This document shows, one piece after another, positions 8,662 to 17,911 of a stretch of DNA of 53,377 bases. Location: IMG/VR virus record IMGVR_UViG_3300023296_001269, positions 1 to 53,377 of that record; one strand, given 5' to 3'. Position 1 is the stretch's first letter; each line of letters begins with the position of its first letter. Made by a program: the position numbers and the translations under genes. The notes below the pieces were generated by a model. That model ran no database searches and had not been told where the DNA came from. It saw nothing but the letters and a program-made list of their open reading frames with translations. The stretch is from a virus. Its lineage: Duplodnaviria; Caudoviricetes.

Positions 8662-11344
8662 TTTTCCTCCATAAACGAATTTTTTTGTTCCAAAGGGTAT
8701 CTGTAATTAACCACCCTTTTTGATTTTCTAAACTGTGCTCTTTTTGCAGCAGCGACAATTGCTGTAAAGACTGGGTAATCAATAAAAGGTCCGGGGATAG
8801 TCCTCCGTTTCTACGGGCCGCCAGACTAAACCGTTCTTGGGATATCCATATGTAGGGCGCGTCTTTGCCTTCAATGGCTAGTAATGCTACATTTTCTTTT
8901 TCTTTTTCCTCCGTAAAAGCAGCCCTGGCATAATTTAGTTTACCCGCTGTGTATAGGTAAAACACTAGATCGAAAAAACACTTACATGCTGTCTCCGGGG
9001 ACGGGAACCATAGTATTTCTGAGACATTCAGTATCGCTTCATTGTTCCCGCCTATGCGAGAGAACCACGCCGCAATATCTGTTAAAATATTTTCTGCCAG
9101 ATACTCGCTGTTTTCTGGCAGGCACATTTTTCGGTTGATGAGGTCCTGTAGGTAGTTTGTTAATATATGCGGTACCGCAGTAGTCGTCAGTTGCATTGAC
9201 CCAACACGGGTATGATCAGACACGATATGTACATTCTTTCGAATACCTAGAATGCGCGTAGTGGCGTAGTCTGCCCTGTATATCCCATTTGTACCCGCAA
9301 GTTCATCGGACCAGCGGTTGTTCTCCACAATGTACGGCCAGTCATGTATAGCGGCGTTTTGCTTGAGCTGGGGGCAAATCCTGTTTACACGATTACTGGT
9401 AGTGGTCAGGCACCCCATTCTTTTTGCTGTGCTTACACCTATTCGTTGGGTATCCTCCCCGTCCAGCAATATCGGGGGTTGGTTCCTATTTACCGCGGGT
9501 GAAATAATATTTGTCAGTACAGCCACGGCAGTGGCCCACACAATCCGGGTCTCGTTATTCAGGAAGGATAGGTTCGCAATGTGGGTCCGAGGGATAACTC
9601 CCGGCGGGGGCAAATGCATCGCGGGCAGGGACCGCCCTTGAAATAACCCCGCCACACTTTCATCATCTATACCCGAGCGGGTGATTGCAAAATTTGGTAG
9701 TTGGAAGTTAAGCAGGTTCTCCCGCCACCCTATCCGGAACTCATGATGCACATTCTCTGGGGGATTGAAACTTAATGCAAGCTGCAACCCTTTTGCGTTC
9801 CAGCTTGGGTAATATGCTGCAGCCCCCCCTTTTAGTGTGTCCCGAAGGTATTTATGTGCCCAGCGGAGTGCCCCTAGTTTATCTATTATTTTAGTATGCT
9901 CTGTAAAGGGATATACCTGCTCGTGGAAGCGTAGTTCTCCCCGGTAATAGGTATCCCCTGCATGCGCGGAGATAACCTGGTGGATCCTGATAATAACACT
10001 GGAAATGCAATCATTTGTCTTTTCCAGGTACCAGCCCGTAGGCTTCTCCACAACCCACTGTCGTTCAAACCGGGTCCGGTTGGATAACCCGCCGTGGGCA
10101 GCCAGGTGTTTTAAGCGTTCCCGTAACGTATCGTCGCAATGGTTTATAAACTCACTGATGTCTTTATTTGACATTTCCAGGCTGAGGAGTATTTCTTCCG
10201 CCTGGAGATCATCTGCTTCATTAAGAATGTCCTGGAGAGCCCGTGACCAGTGCACAGCTCGCTGCTTCATCCGGTGTAACCACCCTGCCGCAGATAAGCT
10301 ATTGCTGTTACGGGTAATAATATCCCGGGTGTATTTTGCAATGGTGACTTGTCCATTTGCCGGCATCGCCAGCCGGATTGTTTTCAGGACGTCAGGGCCC
10401 CAGAATACGACATCCTGCGGTCGCAGCCAATCCCACACATTCGCAGTGGTGCCTCGCGGGGCTTCATAAGCACAGGCCATCGGGAGTATTTTAGAAGAAT
10501 CCTTAGCTTGCCGCCCATGTAGACAAAGCGCCGTTTGTATGTCTGTCATTATGAATTTGGTGTGCCCCAGTAAAGAATGCCGCTCCTGGAACATTCCATC
10601 CAGCATCGCCAGCCCGCCTTCGCTGTAATAGGGCAGTACCTGTTTAAATACGAAATCTTCCGGATCCCCGTCGCGACCAATAAATAGATACCCGCAAATA
10701 CGCCCCGGGAGGTCATAGAAAGGCACCGCCAGCAGCTCATTCCAGTTACGGCCGGGGAAGTCTACATAATCAAAACTCCCCGATTTTCCGTTCCGGAGCT
10801 GTTTCTTGTACTCGTATCGTGCTTTATGGAAATACTTTGCGGTGTCTTCAGTAGTGCAGGCCCCAATGATCCGTGTGAGCCGTTCGCCTGCCATTGCAGT
10901 ATCTGGGGACACGTGGAAGTGCCGCTGCAGCATACGAATCTTGGCATTTTCCCGCTGGAGATGGTATCCTTGGCAATGTTGCCAGAACGCGTTTACCACA
11001 TTATGCCGATCGTTGACAATTTTTTTATGCTGGTCTACCTGGGATAGCGTACTCTTGGTCTCTATAAGCAGCCCATTGATTATCAGCTTACGAATCGCCT
11101 GATTGATTTCGAGCTTCCAACTTTTCTCAGCAAGAGTTATCATATCGCAGGCAGTTTTGCAGTTATCGCAATAACACCATTCGCCCCCTGTTGCCTTATC
11201 GCAGTAAACGTGTAATTTTTTTTCCGCCTGGCATACTGGGCAATCAGTAATCGCCGGCAAGGCGTTTACTTTTATTGGGCTGCCCAGCAGCTGCAGTAAT
11301 TCTTGAAAATTAATCTGTTGATTTAATGAGGAGCAAAACGACAT
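8639..11344 (-). CDS. Large protein with DnaG-type zinc finger and degenerate primase-like core
   Basis: CPVC...WCYCDNCKTACDMI CHC2-like finger; LAVPFYDLPGRICGYLFIGR resembles the DnaG segment; TOPRIM acidic motifs not recognisable. Confidence 0.6.
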   Translation of the reverse strand: MSFCSSLNQQINFQELLQLLGSPIKVNALPAITDCPVCQAEKKLHVYCDKATGGEWCYCDNCKTACDMITLAEKSWKLEINQAIRKLIINGLLIETKSTLSQVDQHKKIVNDRHNVVNAFWQHCQGYHLQRENAKIRMLQRHFHVSPDTAMAGERLTRIIGACTTEDTAKYFHKARYEYKKQLRNGKSGSFDYVDFPGRNWNELLAVPFYDLPGRICGYLFIGRDGDPEDFVFKQVLPYYSEGGLAMLDGMFQERHSLLGHTKFIMTDIQTALCLHGRQAKDSSKILPMACAYEAPRGTTANVWDWLRPQDVVFWGPDVLKTIRLAMPANGQVTIAKYTRDIITRNSNSLSAAGWLHRMKQRAVHWSRALQDILNEADDLQAEEILLSLEMSNKDISEFINHCDDTLRERLKHLAAHGGLSNRTRFERQWVVEKPTGWYLEKTNDCISSVIIRIHQVISAHAGDTYYRGELRFHEQVYPFTEHTKIIDKLGALRWAHKYLRDTLKGGAAAYYPSWNAKGLQLALSFNPPENVHHEFRIGWRENLLNFQLPNFAITRSGIDDESVAGLFQGRSLPAMHLPPPGVIPRTHIANLSFLNNETRIVWATAVAVLTNIISPAVNRNQPPILLDGEDTQRIGVSTAKRMGCLTTTSNRVNRICPQLKQNAAIHDWPYIVENNRWSDELAGTNGIYRADYATTRILGIRKNVHIVSDHTRVGSMQLTTTAVPHILTNYLQDLINRKMCLPENSEYLAENILTDIAAWFSRIGGNNEAILNVSEILWFPSPETACKCFFDLVFYLYTAGKLNYARAAFTEEKEKENVALLAIEGKDAPYIWISQERFSLAARRNGGLSPDLLLITQSLQQLSLLQKEHSLENQKGWLITDTLWNKKIRLWRKNERRENC

Positions 11345-12551
11345 GACGCCAGAGCCTATCTTTGATCAAACGCAAGATTTAACAGGTACGGAACGCCACA
11401 GACTTACGCAGATGTGCCCCGTCCCTGATTTTGTAAAAACCGCTAGCCACTTGCACTTACATGGAGATGCAGAAGTGCCAATGGCGGCACATTTATACGC
11501 AAATGACGTTGATCGCGTCTACCCTGTACATACCAAAGCGGCTACTTGGCTGTCAGCGTTATTCTTCGCGGACAAACGAGACCAGTTCAGTAGCAGCAGA
11601 GCCACCCAGATCGAACAACGTCTACAGAAAGCAGCATCATACTGGAAAATGCAATCTGAAGTCGATAGCCTTTGGGAAAAGGTGGCCGCAGCTAAGCAGG
11701 CTGGAGAATCAGAGTTACAAGATGCCGACTTCGCGTTTGTCTGGGAAGCGGACGGACAACGAGAGCGGCATTACCCATTACGGAACGCTACAGAGGTGAA
11801 ACAAGCCTCTGCCTGGTTTCAGGAGCACCACGCAAGGTTCACCTTTATTGAAAAGACCGCTATGGCTTCGCGTATTTTAGAGAAAGCTGATAGTCTTAAC
11901 GCGGAAGTGGTAGACGCAGAATTGTTGAACCGATGCGCTGGTAATGGGTACTGCCCCGGAGAGAAGGCCGCTGCTGCCTGGGATACCCGGGCTGCACTGA
12001 CCAAAACTGCGGCTCCTGCGTATGCCGCACAGGCGAAACAACTGGCCGCGTCTATTCGCGCAAATCCTATTGAGGTGCATGAGCAGGGCAGCCGGATGAA
12101 GATGGCATGCGTAATGGATGACTTTGACAATTTCACCCATATCGATACTCTGTATGCAGACGGTGGGCTGGATCGTCCTGAAGACATCTTATTTGGAGTG
12201 ACTGAAAAGGTCGCCTCTGAATTTGTATCCGGGCACGTGCAAACCATTAACGGTGCTATGTATGAAAAAGCGGCGTTAGCCAACCTGGATATTGATAAAG
12301 TACAGGAATGGCTCGGAGAGGATCTGGCTGACGCGTGTGGCGGAGTATTATTAGATACAGAAAAGCTGGCGGAACTAGTCCCCACGCTGCCACGCCCCGA
12401 CGCCGACGCATTCGAACGAATGGCCGCAGCCTCAAATATTCCTGTATTGTTAAAAGAAAAATCTGCCCAACATCAAGGGTTGAGCGAAACAGAGCTGCAG
12501 GAGCTGGCGAAAGAATACAAACCAGCCCCTGCAGGTGCAGCGATACTTTAA
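11343..12551 (+). CDS. Probable virion head/internal protein with two YP repeats (DUF6582-like) and many K-x-A motifs
   Basis: RVYPVHTKAATWLSALFF and RHYPLRNATEVKQASAWF repeats; GAGGAG RBS; same strand as terL. Confidence 0.55.
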   Translation: MTPEPIFDQTQDLTGTERHRLTQMCPVPDFVKTASHLHLHGDAEVPMAAHLYANDVDRVYPVHTKAATWLSALFFADKRDQFSSSRATQIEQRLQKAASYWKMQSEVDSLWEKVAAAKQAGESELQDADFAFVWEADGQRERHYPLRNATEVKQASAWFQEHHARFTFIEKTAMASRILEKADSLNAEVVDAELLNRCAGNGYCPGEKAAAAWDTRAALTKTAAPAYAAQAKQLAASIRANPIEVHEQGSRMKMACVMDDFDNFTHIDTLYADGGLDRPEDILFGVTEKVASEFVSGHVQTINGAMYEKAALANLDIDKVQEWLGEDLADACGGVLLDTEKLAELVPTLPRPDADAFERMAAASNIPVLLKEKSAQHQGLSETELQELAKEYKPAPAGAAIL

Positions 12552-12579
12552 CGCTGCTGTGCTGTAATCGAGCCTACAC

Positions 12580-12615
12580 GAAAGGGCTGCCTGAATATCT
12601 CCGGGCAGCCCTTTC
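12580..12615. terminator. Hairpin between convergent genes (probable bidirectional terminator)
   Basis: gaaagggctgcc...ggcagccctttc 12-bp inverted repeat between stops at 12551 (+) and 12621 (-). Confidence 0.75.
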
Positions 12616-12620
12616 TAAAA

Positions 12621-12863
12621 TTACAGCGATTCCTCTGCGGTAGCCTGCGCATCTTTTAGTGCCTGCACCTCGGTACGGTTGATATTGATTGTTTTTGGGG
12701 CCACAATCCCTATGCGGGCTCCCTGTGCGTTTACTCTTACAACCGTAATATCGATTCGCTGTTTACGGCCTGTTTTGCGGGTATCTTCAAGTAACGTCTC
12801 TAACGTCTCTTCATCAAGATTGAGGCAAAATCCTTGCCCCTTTGTTCTGGTAAAAACTAACAT
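12621..12863 (-). CDS. csrA: Carbon storage regulator CsrA homologue
   Basis: MLVFTR...IDITVVRV...ARIGIVAPKTININRTEV matches the CsrA pattern, with a ~20-aa insert; CAGGGAG RBS. Confidence 0.85.
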   Translation of the reverse strand: MLVFTRTKGQGFCLNLDEETLETLLEDTRKTGRKQRIDITVVRVNAQGARIGIVAPKTININRTEVQALKDAQATAEESL

Positions 12864-12876
12864 CGTATCTCCCTGT

Positions 12877-13380
12877 TTAAATGTCAATGTCCCGAAAGTA
12901 CCGGTCGTTTTCGTCCTTTACTTGTCGTGGTACTACCGGAGGTACTGGGGACGCGTCGGCGTGGTGTATGATGTTAGTCATAATCCACGATACTACATCA
13001 GCTTCCCTGGCAAGTAGGTTATTTGTAAGAAGTGAGTTCCCGTCGACTATCTGACACCGCCAACGCAACTGTCTCGCCTCTGCGGTCGCGTGCCCGTTCT
13101 CAGCTATGCGAATCCGCATATAAGTCTGCGACCCTATCCGCAGGTCTAGTCGCGGAGAGACCTCCGCCCGCCCCGCTGCTTCTTTCAGCTCCGTCCCAGA
13201 CGGGACTAAGGAGCCTAATAAGCTAATGCTCTCTTCCCGCAGGTAGTCTAAAGTATCATACACTACAGAGAAAAACAGTCGCAACTTTTCAAAATCCGGA
13301 GCAACCACCGCCGCTTGTTGCGTTGTACGGGCTTGCTCTTCTCGACAGCGTTGCAGTGCTTGTTGCATAAGATCGGTCAT
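12877..13380 (-). CDS. Hypothetical protein ending RYFRDIDI
   Basis: ATG 13380 with GGAGG RBS, coupled to the upstream stop. Confidence 0.75.
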   Translation of the reverse strand: MTDLMQQALQRCREEQARTTQQAAVVAPDFEKLRLFFSVVYDTLDYLREESISLLGSLVPSGTELKEAAGRAEVSPRLDLRIGSQTYMRIRIAENGHATAEARQLRWRCQIVDGNSLLTNNLLAREADVVSWIMTNIIHHADASPVPPVVPRQVKDENDRYFRDIDI

Positions 13381-14117
13381 ATATCCTCCGGAACGTTTAT
13401 CTCGCCGTAGCTTTGTAATTCCACTGCCAAGTCGGCCTCCCACCGCGGGAGCTTCGTATTATAACAGATACCACATGACGAGCAGGTTATTTTGTTCTTT
13501 GTAGGTACCCCGTTTTCTGGAGGGCAGACTTGAATACCGTTTGCTCGTTTCATCACTGTGTTGCGTTTAGCTCTAAATACCAGGTCACAGTCATTGGGGG
13601 CAGTTTTCGCGTCTGTGTCGTTAATCGCCATATATGCCCGCTTGATTCCTTTGATGGCAGGGGCTGGGCCTGTCTCACGATCGATGGACCACCACAGGTC
13701 TACATTAGGTAAAGCGGCAAATGCAATTAAATGGGGGAGTATTGCCGCGTCTCGCCATGCGCGGGAGTATCCAAAGTATTCCGTACGCCTGGTACCTTTT
13801 GCGATGGTGATCCACTTATCGACATAAGGGACATCGTAAAATTCCCCGGACGGGTGCACGCGAGCAAGCGACGCCATCTTTGCAGCGATGGAATGAATCA
13901 TCCATTCTGCAAAACCGTCTGTCTGGCTAAATGCGTAATTTTTAGCGTAAGCCTTTTCCACAGAAGGCATATTAAAAAAGCCCTTTTTTGCGTAACACAG
14001 TCCGCTGCATAATTGACTAGCGCCCACGCAGATTTTTTCATCTGCGGGTAGCGACCAGCTATGGATGCGGGGCCCCAGTTTTGTATTTCCGGGGTTTGCC
14101 AATGTAGCTATACTCAT
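13377..14117 (-). CDS. GP88-like (radical-SAM-related, Cys-rich) phage protein
   Basis: GNTKLG, WSLPA, CVGASQLCSGLCYA, RVHPSGEFY, C-terminal CP...TCSSCGIC. Confidence 0.8.
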   Translation of the reverse strand: MSIATLANPGNTKLGPRIHSWSLPADEKICVGASQLCSGLCYAKKGFFNMPSVEKAYAKNYAFSQTDGFAEWMIHSIAAKMASLARVHPSGEFYDVPYVDKWITIAKGTRRTEYFGYSRAWRDAAILPHLIAFAALPNVDLWWSIDRETGPAPAIKGIKRAYMAINDTDAKTAPNDCDLVFRAKRNTVMKRANGIQVCPPENGVPTKNKITCSSCGICYNTKLPRWEADLAVELQSYGEINVPEDI

Positions 14118-14124
14118 ATTAGCC

Positions 14125-15741
14125 CTAGCTTAAATCAAGTTCCCTCGCATTCCGCCCGAAGCGGCCATGCATTTCTAAGTTGGTAGTTACCTGTACGGGG
14201 CTTTCCAGAAATGTCCCCAGCCCGCTTTGCGGTTGGCGGTCTTCTGGATTATCCCAAGGAAGTGGTATGTCAGCGTCGGCATGTTCCCCTAGTAAATACG
14301 TATTAAGGTATTGAAACAGCACAGGTGGAAATGTGACATGTTGCCGCACAGCCTGCTGCACTAATGCCCGAAAGGCAGGTTGTTTCGATAACCATATCTC
14401 TTCCGTATTTATAGGGGGGCCATCTATGTACCTTAAATTATGTAGTTTCGTAAATTTATAAAAGAACGGGTATCGGTTATCGTAAAGCCATGTGATCGTT
14501 TCCCAGGCATGCCGGGCAGACATATCAATAATGGTACAAACGGTAGTCCCTCCTTCTTCGGAAGCACATTCCCATGTGGTATGATTTCCCCAGTCGATTG
14601 TGGGCAGGGGCCGGAGAGTGTCTAACTGCTCGCTCAATCGTTGCAGCGATGGTCGCGTAGTAGCGATAGTAGGTGCGACACTTTCGAGGCTGGCAGGCGC
14701 TATCACCGCCCTCGGTGTGGCGTCCTCCCCCACAATACCGTTACGCACAAATCCACCCGTTGCGTCTATTAACATGAAAATGTTTAGTTGCCCTTCCCGT
14801 GAAAGATTAATAGCACGGTCTGCCAGGTCATTAAAAATTTGCGCCACCCGGACCCCCACAGGGGACGAGCCTCCGGAACGTAGGCTGTCTCTGGCATCCC
14901 GCCACTCTGCTGTTATAGTCGGTACCACGGATGGCGCGGGTACCGGTAAAAACATGACAAGAGCCACGATACACGAGGGCGTGGGTAAACTGCTGGGGAT
15001 CTCGCCAAGTGGTGTACCGTCCCGGGCGGATAGCCACATCAGCTGTTCCCGGCTTTTCAGAAGAGCAAACCCGGCTACCCCAGATTCTTGTAGACGCTGA
15101 TTTATCCTGTGTATCAATCCTAATGCACCCGTGGCGTTGTGGCACATAAATGTATTGACGTATTTCTGCGTTGTCGGAACCTCGGGGGCGTCATAGGTAA
15201 CGGCATCATTGGCGTTAGCTGGCGGTCGCATAGCAGGAATGGTATTATCTCTTGCAGGGGAGATCGCCTGCTCCCCGTCATATATCCGTCTGTCCTGTTC
15301 TATATGTAAGCCAAACGCATCTAGTTGTGCTGCAAAAGACTCACCGGCGGATGCCCTTGCTATGCGGCTAACAAATCTATCAACTACATACCCTTCGGAA
15401 GTTCCGCCGCGTATAACCAGCCTACGTCCCACACGCCGGAATCGCGAGATTATCGGCCGTCGCTCGGCGCCACGGCCGTCCCTGTTCACGTAATAAATAA
15501 TCAAAGTGAGAAGCCCCGGCTCAACAGACGGCCCATCCTCACCGGGAGTTAACTCCCGCATGTTATTTATGACTTCCTGAAGAAACGGCTCCCCGTTATG
15601 GCACGACTCCATCTGCGCGGCAGTTTTTATGCAAGCAAAACCGGTTAGCCTCGCCTGTTGAAGCATTCCGTTTACTTCCATTACCAGCTCGCTGGCTTGG
15701 TGGTCGTTCCCACATAGGTAGGCGTTGTAAAAAAATTGCAT
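14125..15741 (-). CDS. Hypothetical protein with internal domain duplication, ending RFGRNARELDLS
   Basis: 538-aa ORF; two homologous blocks (YNAYLC..GFACIKT and VNTFMC..GFALLKS). Confidence 0.8.
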   Translation of the reverse strand: MQFFYNAYLCGNDHQASELVMEVNGMLQQARLTGFACIKTAAQMESCHNGEPFLQEVINNMRELTPGEDGPSVEPGLLTLIIYYVNRDGRGAERRPIISRFRRVGRRLVIRGGTSEGYVVDRFVSRIARASAGESFAAQLDAFGLHIEQDRRIYDGEQAISPARDNTIPAMRPPANANDAVTYDAPEVPTTQKYVNTFMCHNATGALGLIHRINQRLQESGVAGFALLKSREQLMWLSARDGTPLGEIPSSLPTPSCIVALVMFLPVPAPSVVPTITAEWRDARDSLRSGGSSPVGVRVAQIFNDLADRAINLSREGQLNIFMLIDATGGFVRNGIVGEDATPRAVIAPASLESVAPTIATTRPSLQRLSEQLDTLRPLPTIDWGNHTTWECASEEGGTTVCTIIDMSARHAWETITWLYDNRYPFFYKFTKLHNLRYIDGPPINTEEIWLSKQPAFRALVQQAVRQHVTFPPVLFQYLNTYLLGEHADADIPLPWDNPEDRQPQSGLGTFLESPVQVTTNLEMHGRFGRNARELDLS

Positions 15742-15744
15742 TTT

Positions 15745-16183
15745 CTACTCCAACATGATTCCACGTAACTCCCGCCCGCTAAACCCAGGAACTACTTCTT
15801 CTGCTTGAGATACTGTGTTGATTAACATACCGTTTGTCTTTTTAGCGGTACAGGTTTTTATACCCATCATGTCATTGGTATGTTTGCACTGCCGTAGTTT
15901 TCCGGTCCGTTTTATAGCCCATCCTGGACAATTACAGCTACAGCGTAGCTCGTCAGTGCCCCTGTCCCTTCCATTTTACTGTTGTGTATTGGGAGAGGCC
16001 ATTACTACTTTCCCAATTTTCTGCCTCAATAGGTATCTGGGCCATGCCGTATACCAGCATGTTCCCGCTGGAGAAAGTAACCCCGTCTTCATTTTCTACG
16101 GACGCGTAATCCACGTGCACCTGGTTATCGGCTATAAGCCGGGAACTTGTTTCTTCTTCAGACTCTGTTCGTTGTCGTGTCAT
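15745..16183 (-). pseudogene. SWIM zinc-finger protein split by a +1 frameshift (pseudogene, programmed shift or sequencing error)
   Basis: Frame 0 reads ...WESSNGLSQYTTVKW then stops at 15953; the +1 frame continues GTDELRCSCNCPGWAIKR...RQCKH...GRELRGIMLE to TAG at 15745. Confidence 0.75.
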
Positions 16184-16205
16184 GGTAACCTACATAAATG
16201 CTAAG

Positions 16206-16242
16206 AAAAAAAGATAGCTGCCGCCCCGCAGGAGGGCGGCAG
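16206..16242 (-). terminator. Intrinsic terminator
   Basis: ctgccgccc/gggcggcag stem followed by a T7 run on the minus strand. Confidence 0.75.
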
Positions 16243-16247
16243 GGAGC

Positions 16248-17504
16248 TTATAAATCAATTCCGCGGGTTTCCCGCCCAAACCGGTCAATGTCTGCCGCTG
16301 CCTGTAGCTCGTCTTCCACCTCTGCGGCATACGCGTCAAGGGCAGTGCTGAATCCCTCTGCGGACGCAGCATCATTTATTAAATCTTTTGGGGCGGTAAT
16401 ATCCAGTTGCCCCTCCATTTCTGTTATTTTATTTAATAGCCCGTCATTGGCGACAAAATCGAACACGCGGATCTTTGCAATAGCCTCTCTGACGGGACGG
16501 AACGATGCAGTGGTCACCCTCCCGTTACGGGCAATCAGTTCTTTCAGATTGCTCATTGCCTGCGCTAACTGTTGCCGCGGCCCACGGATCATTTCTTCAA
16601 TAGCCTCGTTAACCCTGCGTTGGCATGATTCCTCTAAAAGATTCTGGTGTGCGGTCATGTGGGCCGCTAGCGTTTCACGGGTCATCTTTTGTGGTTTATT
16701 CCCCGCTAGCTCTACAGGGACAACATCCAGATGGAATTTGTCCCTGATAGCCTCTCTGGTCTGCGGAAGTCGATCTGACACCTGATTATAAGTCTGTGGG
16801 TTCTTTACAGCGATCTCCTGCTTGATCGCGTCCCAGCGATTACAGAAGTCTTCCGCCAGGATATGCAATTGATATGCCAGCGATTGTTCTGCGCCTTTGC
16901 TAGCTTCGAATAATGGCATGTTGTTACTTGCAAGGAGGTTGCCGGCGCCGATCGCCACACCGATCTCATCTGTTAGCCGAGACACGTCCGCCCTTGCCTG
17001 CGATAGCCGCCGCGCACATTCTTCCTGTGTGATAGAATCTCCCATCTCGTCGAATTGAGTCAGGGGGTCCCATTCCTGGTATTTTATAATTTCCTCTGTG
17101 TGCAATTTCTTTTGTGCGCGGAGTGTCCCCAAGGTGAGCCCGTAGAGCTCGTCCATCATGTCGTCGATATATTTCTTAGGCACGATACGCACCCCGGTAA
17201 TCGGAAACGGCAGGGAATATTTATCTTTAATATTCTTGAGCCGGGATGCCAGCTTCTGCAGCGTCTTTTTGTATGGGACGCCGTACGCGTCTGTCGGATA
17301 AGTATCCGTCATCAATTTGGCGCTGGGTTGCGTGATTGTGCCTTTTTCCAATGTCTCCCCGTGGGACGTCACTTCGACACTATCGTCGAGTTTGTACATC
17401 CCTTGCCAGTACCCGAACGACGGGGAGAGTAAAATGATATTCTCTTCGAGCACCTGTTGGGTGTTGTGCGCACCTGTTTGTTCTGGTTCCATAATTGTGG
17501 CCAT
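16248..17504 (-). CDS. DUF3150-like protein ending RFGRETRGIDL
   Basis: SLPFPITGVRIVP and helical C-terminus resemble DUF3150; lies in the usual AAA/DUF1257/DUF2997 neighbourhood. Confidence 0.6.
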   Translation of the reverse strand: MATIMEPEQTGAHNTQQVLEENIILLSPSFGYWQGMYKLDDSVEVTSHGETLEKGTITQPSAKLMTDTYPTDAYGVPYKKTLQKLASRLKNIKDKYSLPFPITGVRIVPKKYIDDMMDELYGLTLGTLRAQKKLHTEEIIKYQEWDPLTQFDEMGDSITQEECARRLSQARADVSRLTDEIGVAIGAGNLLASNNMPLFEASKGAEQSLAYQLHILAEDFCNRWDAIKQEIAVKNPQTYNQVSDRLPQTREAIRDKFHLDVVPVELAGNKPQKMTRETLAAHMTAHQNLLEESCQRRVNEAIEEMIRGPRQQLAQAMSNLKELIARNGRVTTASFRPVREAIAKIRVFDFVANDGLLNKITEMEGQLDITAPKDLINDAASAEGFSTALDAYAAEVEDELQAAADIDRFGRETRGIDL

Positions 17505-17530
17505 TTGTATTACCTGTTTGTATGCTGGTT

Positions 17531-17566
17531 AAAAAACCAAGGCCTCTCATATAGAAAAGGCCTTGG
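17531..17566 (-). terminator. Intrinsic terminator
   Basis: ccaaggcct/aggccttgg stem plus T6. Confidence 0.75.
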
Positions 17567-17608
17567 CGATTTTTCGAATGTCTCTTTTGCAGCTCTGCTT
17601 ACACTGTT

Positions 17609-17854
17609 TTAAATTTTTTCTGTGTAAGTCTTTCTTGTTTTGTCTTTATTTACTGTAGTATTACGGAGCCACCCAGGTTTGATTAACCGGAACTGTTTCT
17701 GGGAAGCGGCGGGTTCTGTAGTTTGCATAAAGACTACAGGGCTGCTTTGCCATTGCGTCATTGGGCTATCCGTAGGGGCGAATGTATTACACCCCGTCAG
17801 CGTAACCAGGAGGAACAGGCTGCAAAGTACAGCCAAGATGTGTCTTATAGGCAT
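17609..17854 (-). CDS. Lipoprotein
   Basis: Signal peptide with lipobox LTGC (MPIRHILAVLCSLFLLVTLTG/C); AAAGGA RBS. Confidence 0.7.
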   Translation of the reverse strand: MPIRHILAVLCSLFLLVTLTGCNTFAPTDSPMTQWQSSPVVFMQTTEPAASQKQFRLIKPGWLRNTTVNKDKTRKTYTEKI

Positions 17855-17911
17855 GTTTTCTTTCCTTTGTGAAAATTGTTGCAGAAAGTAACGTAATTAT
17901 GTATTGCGTAA

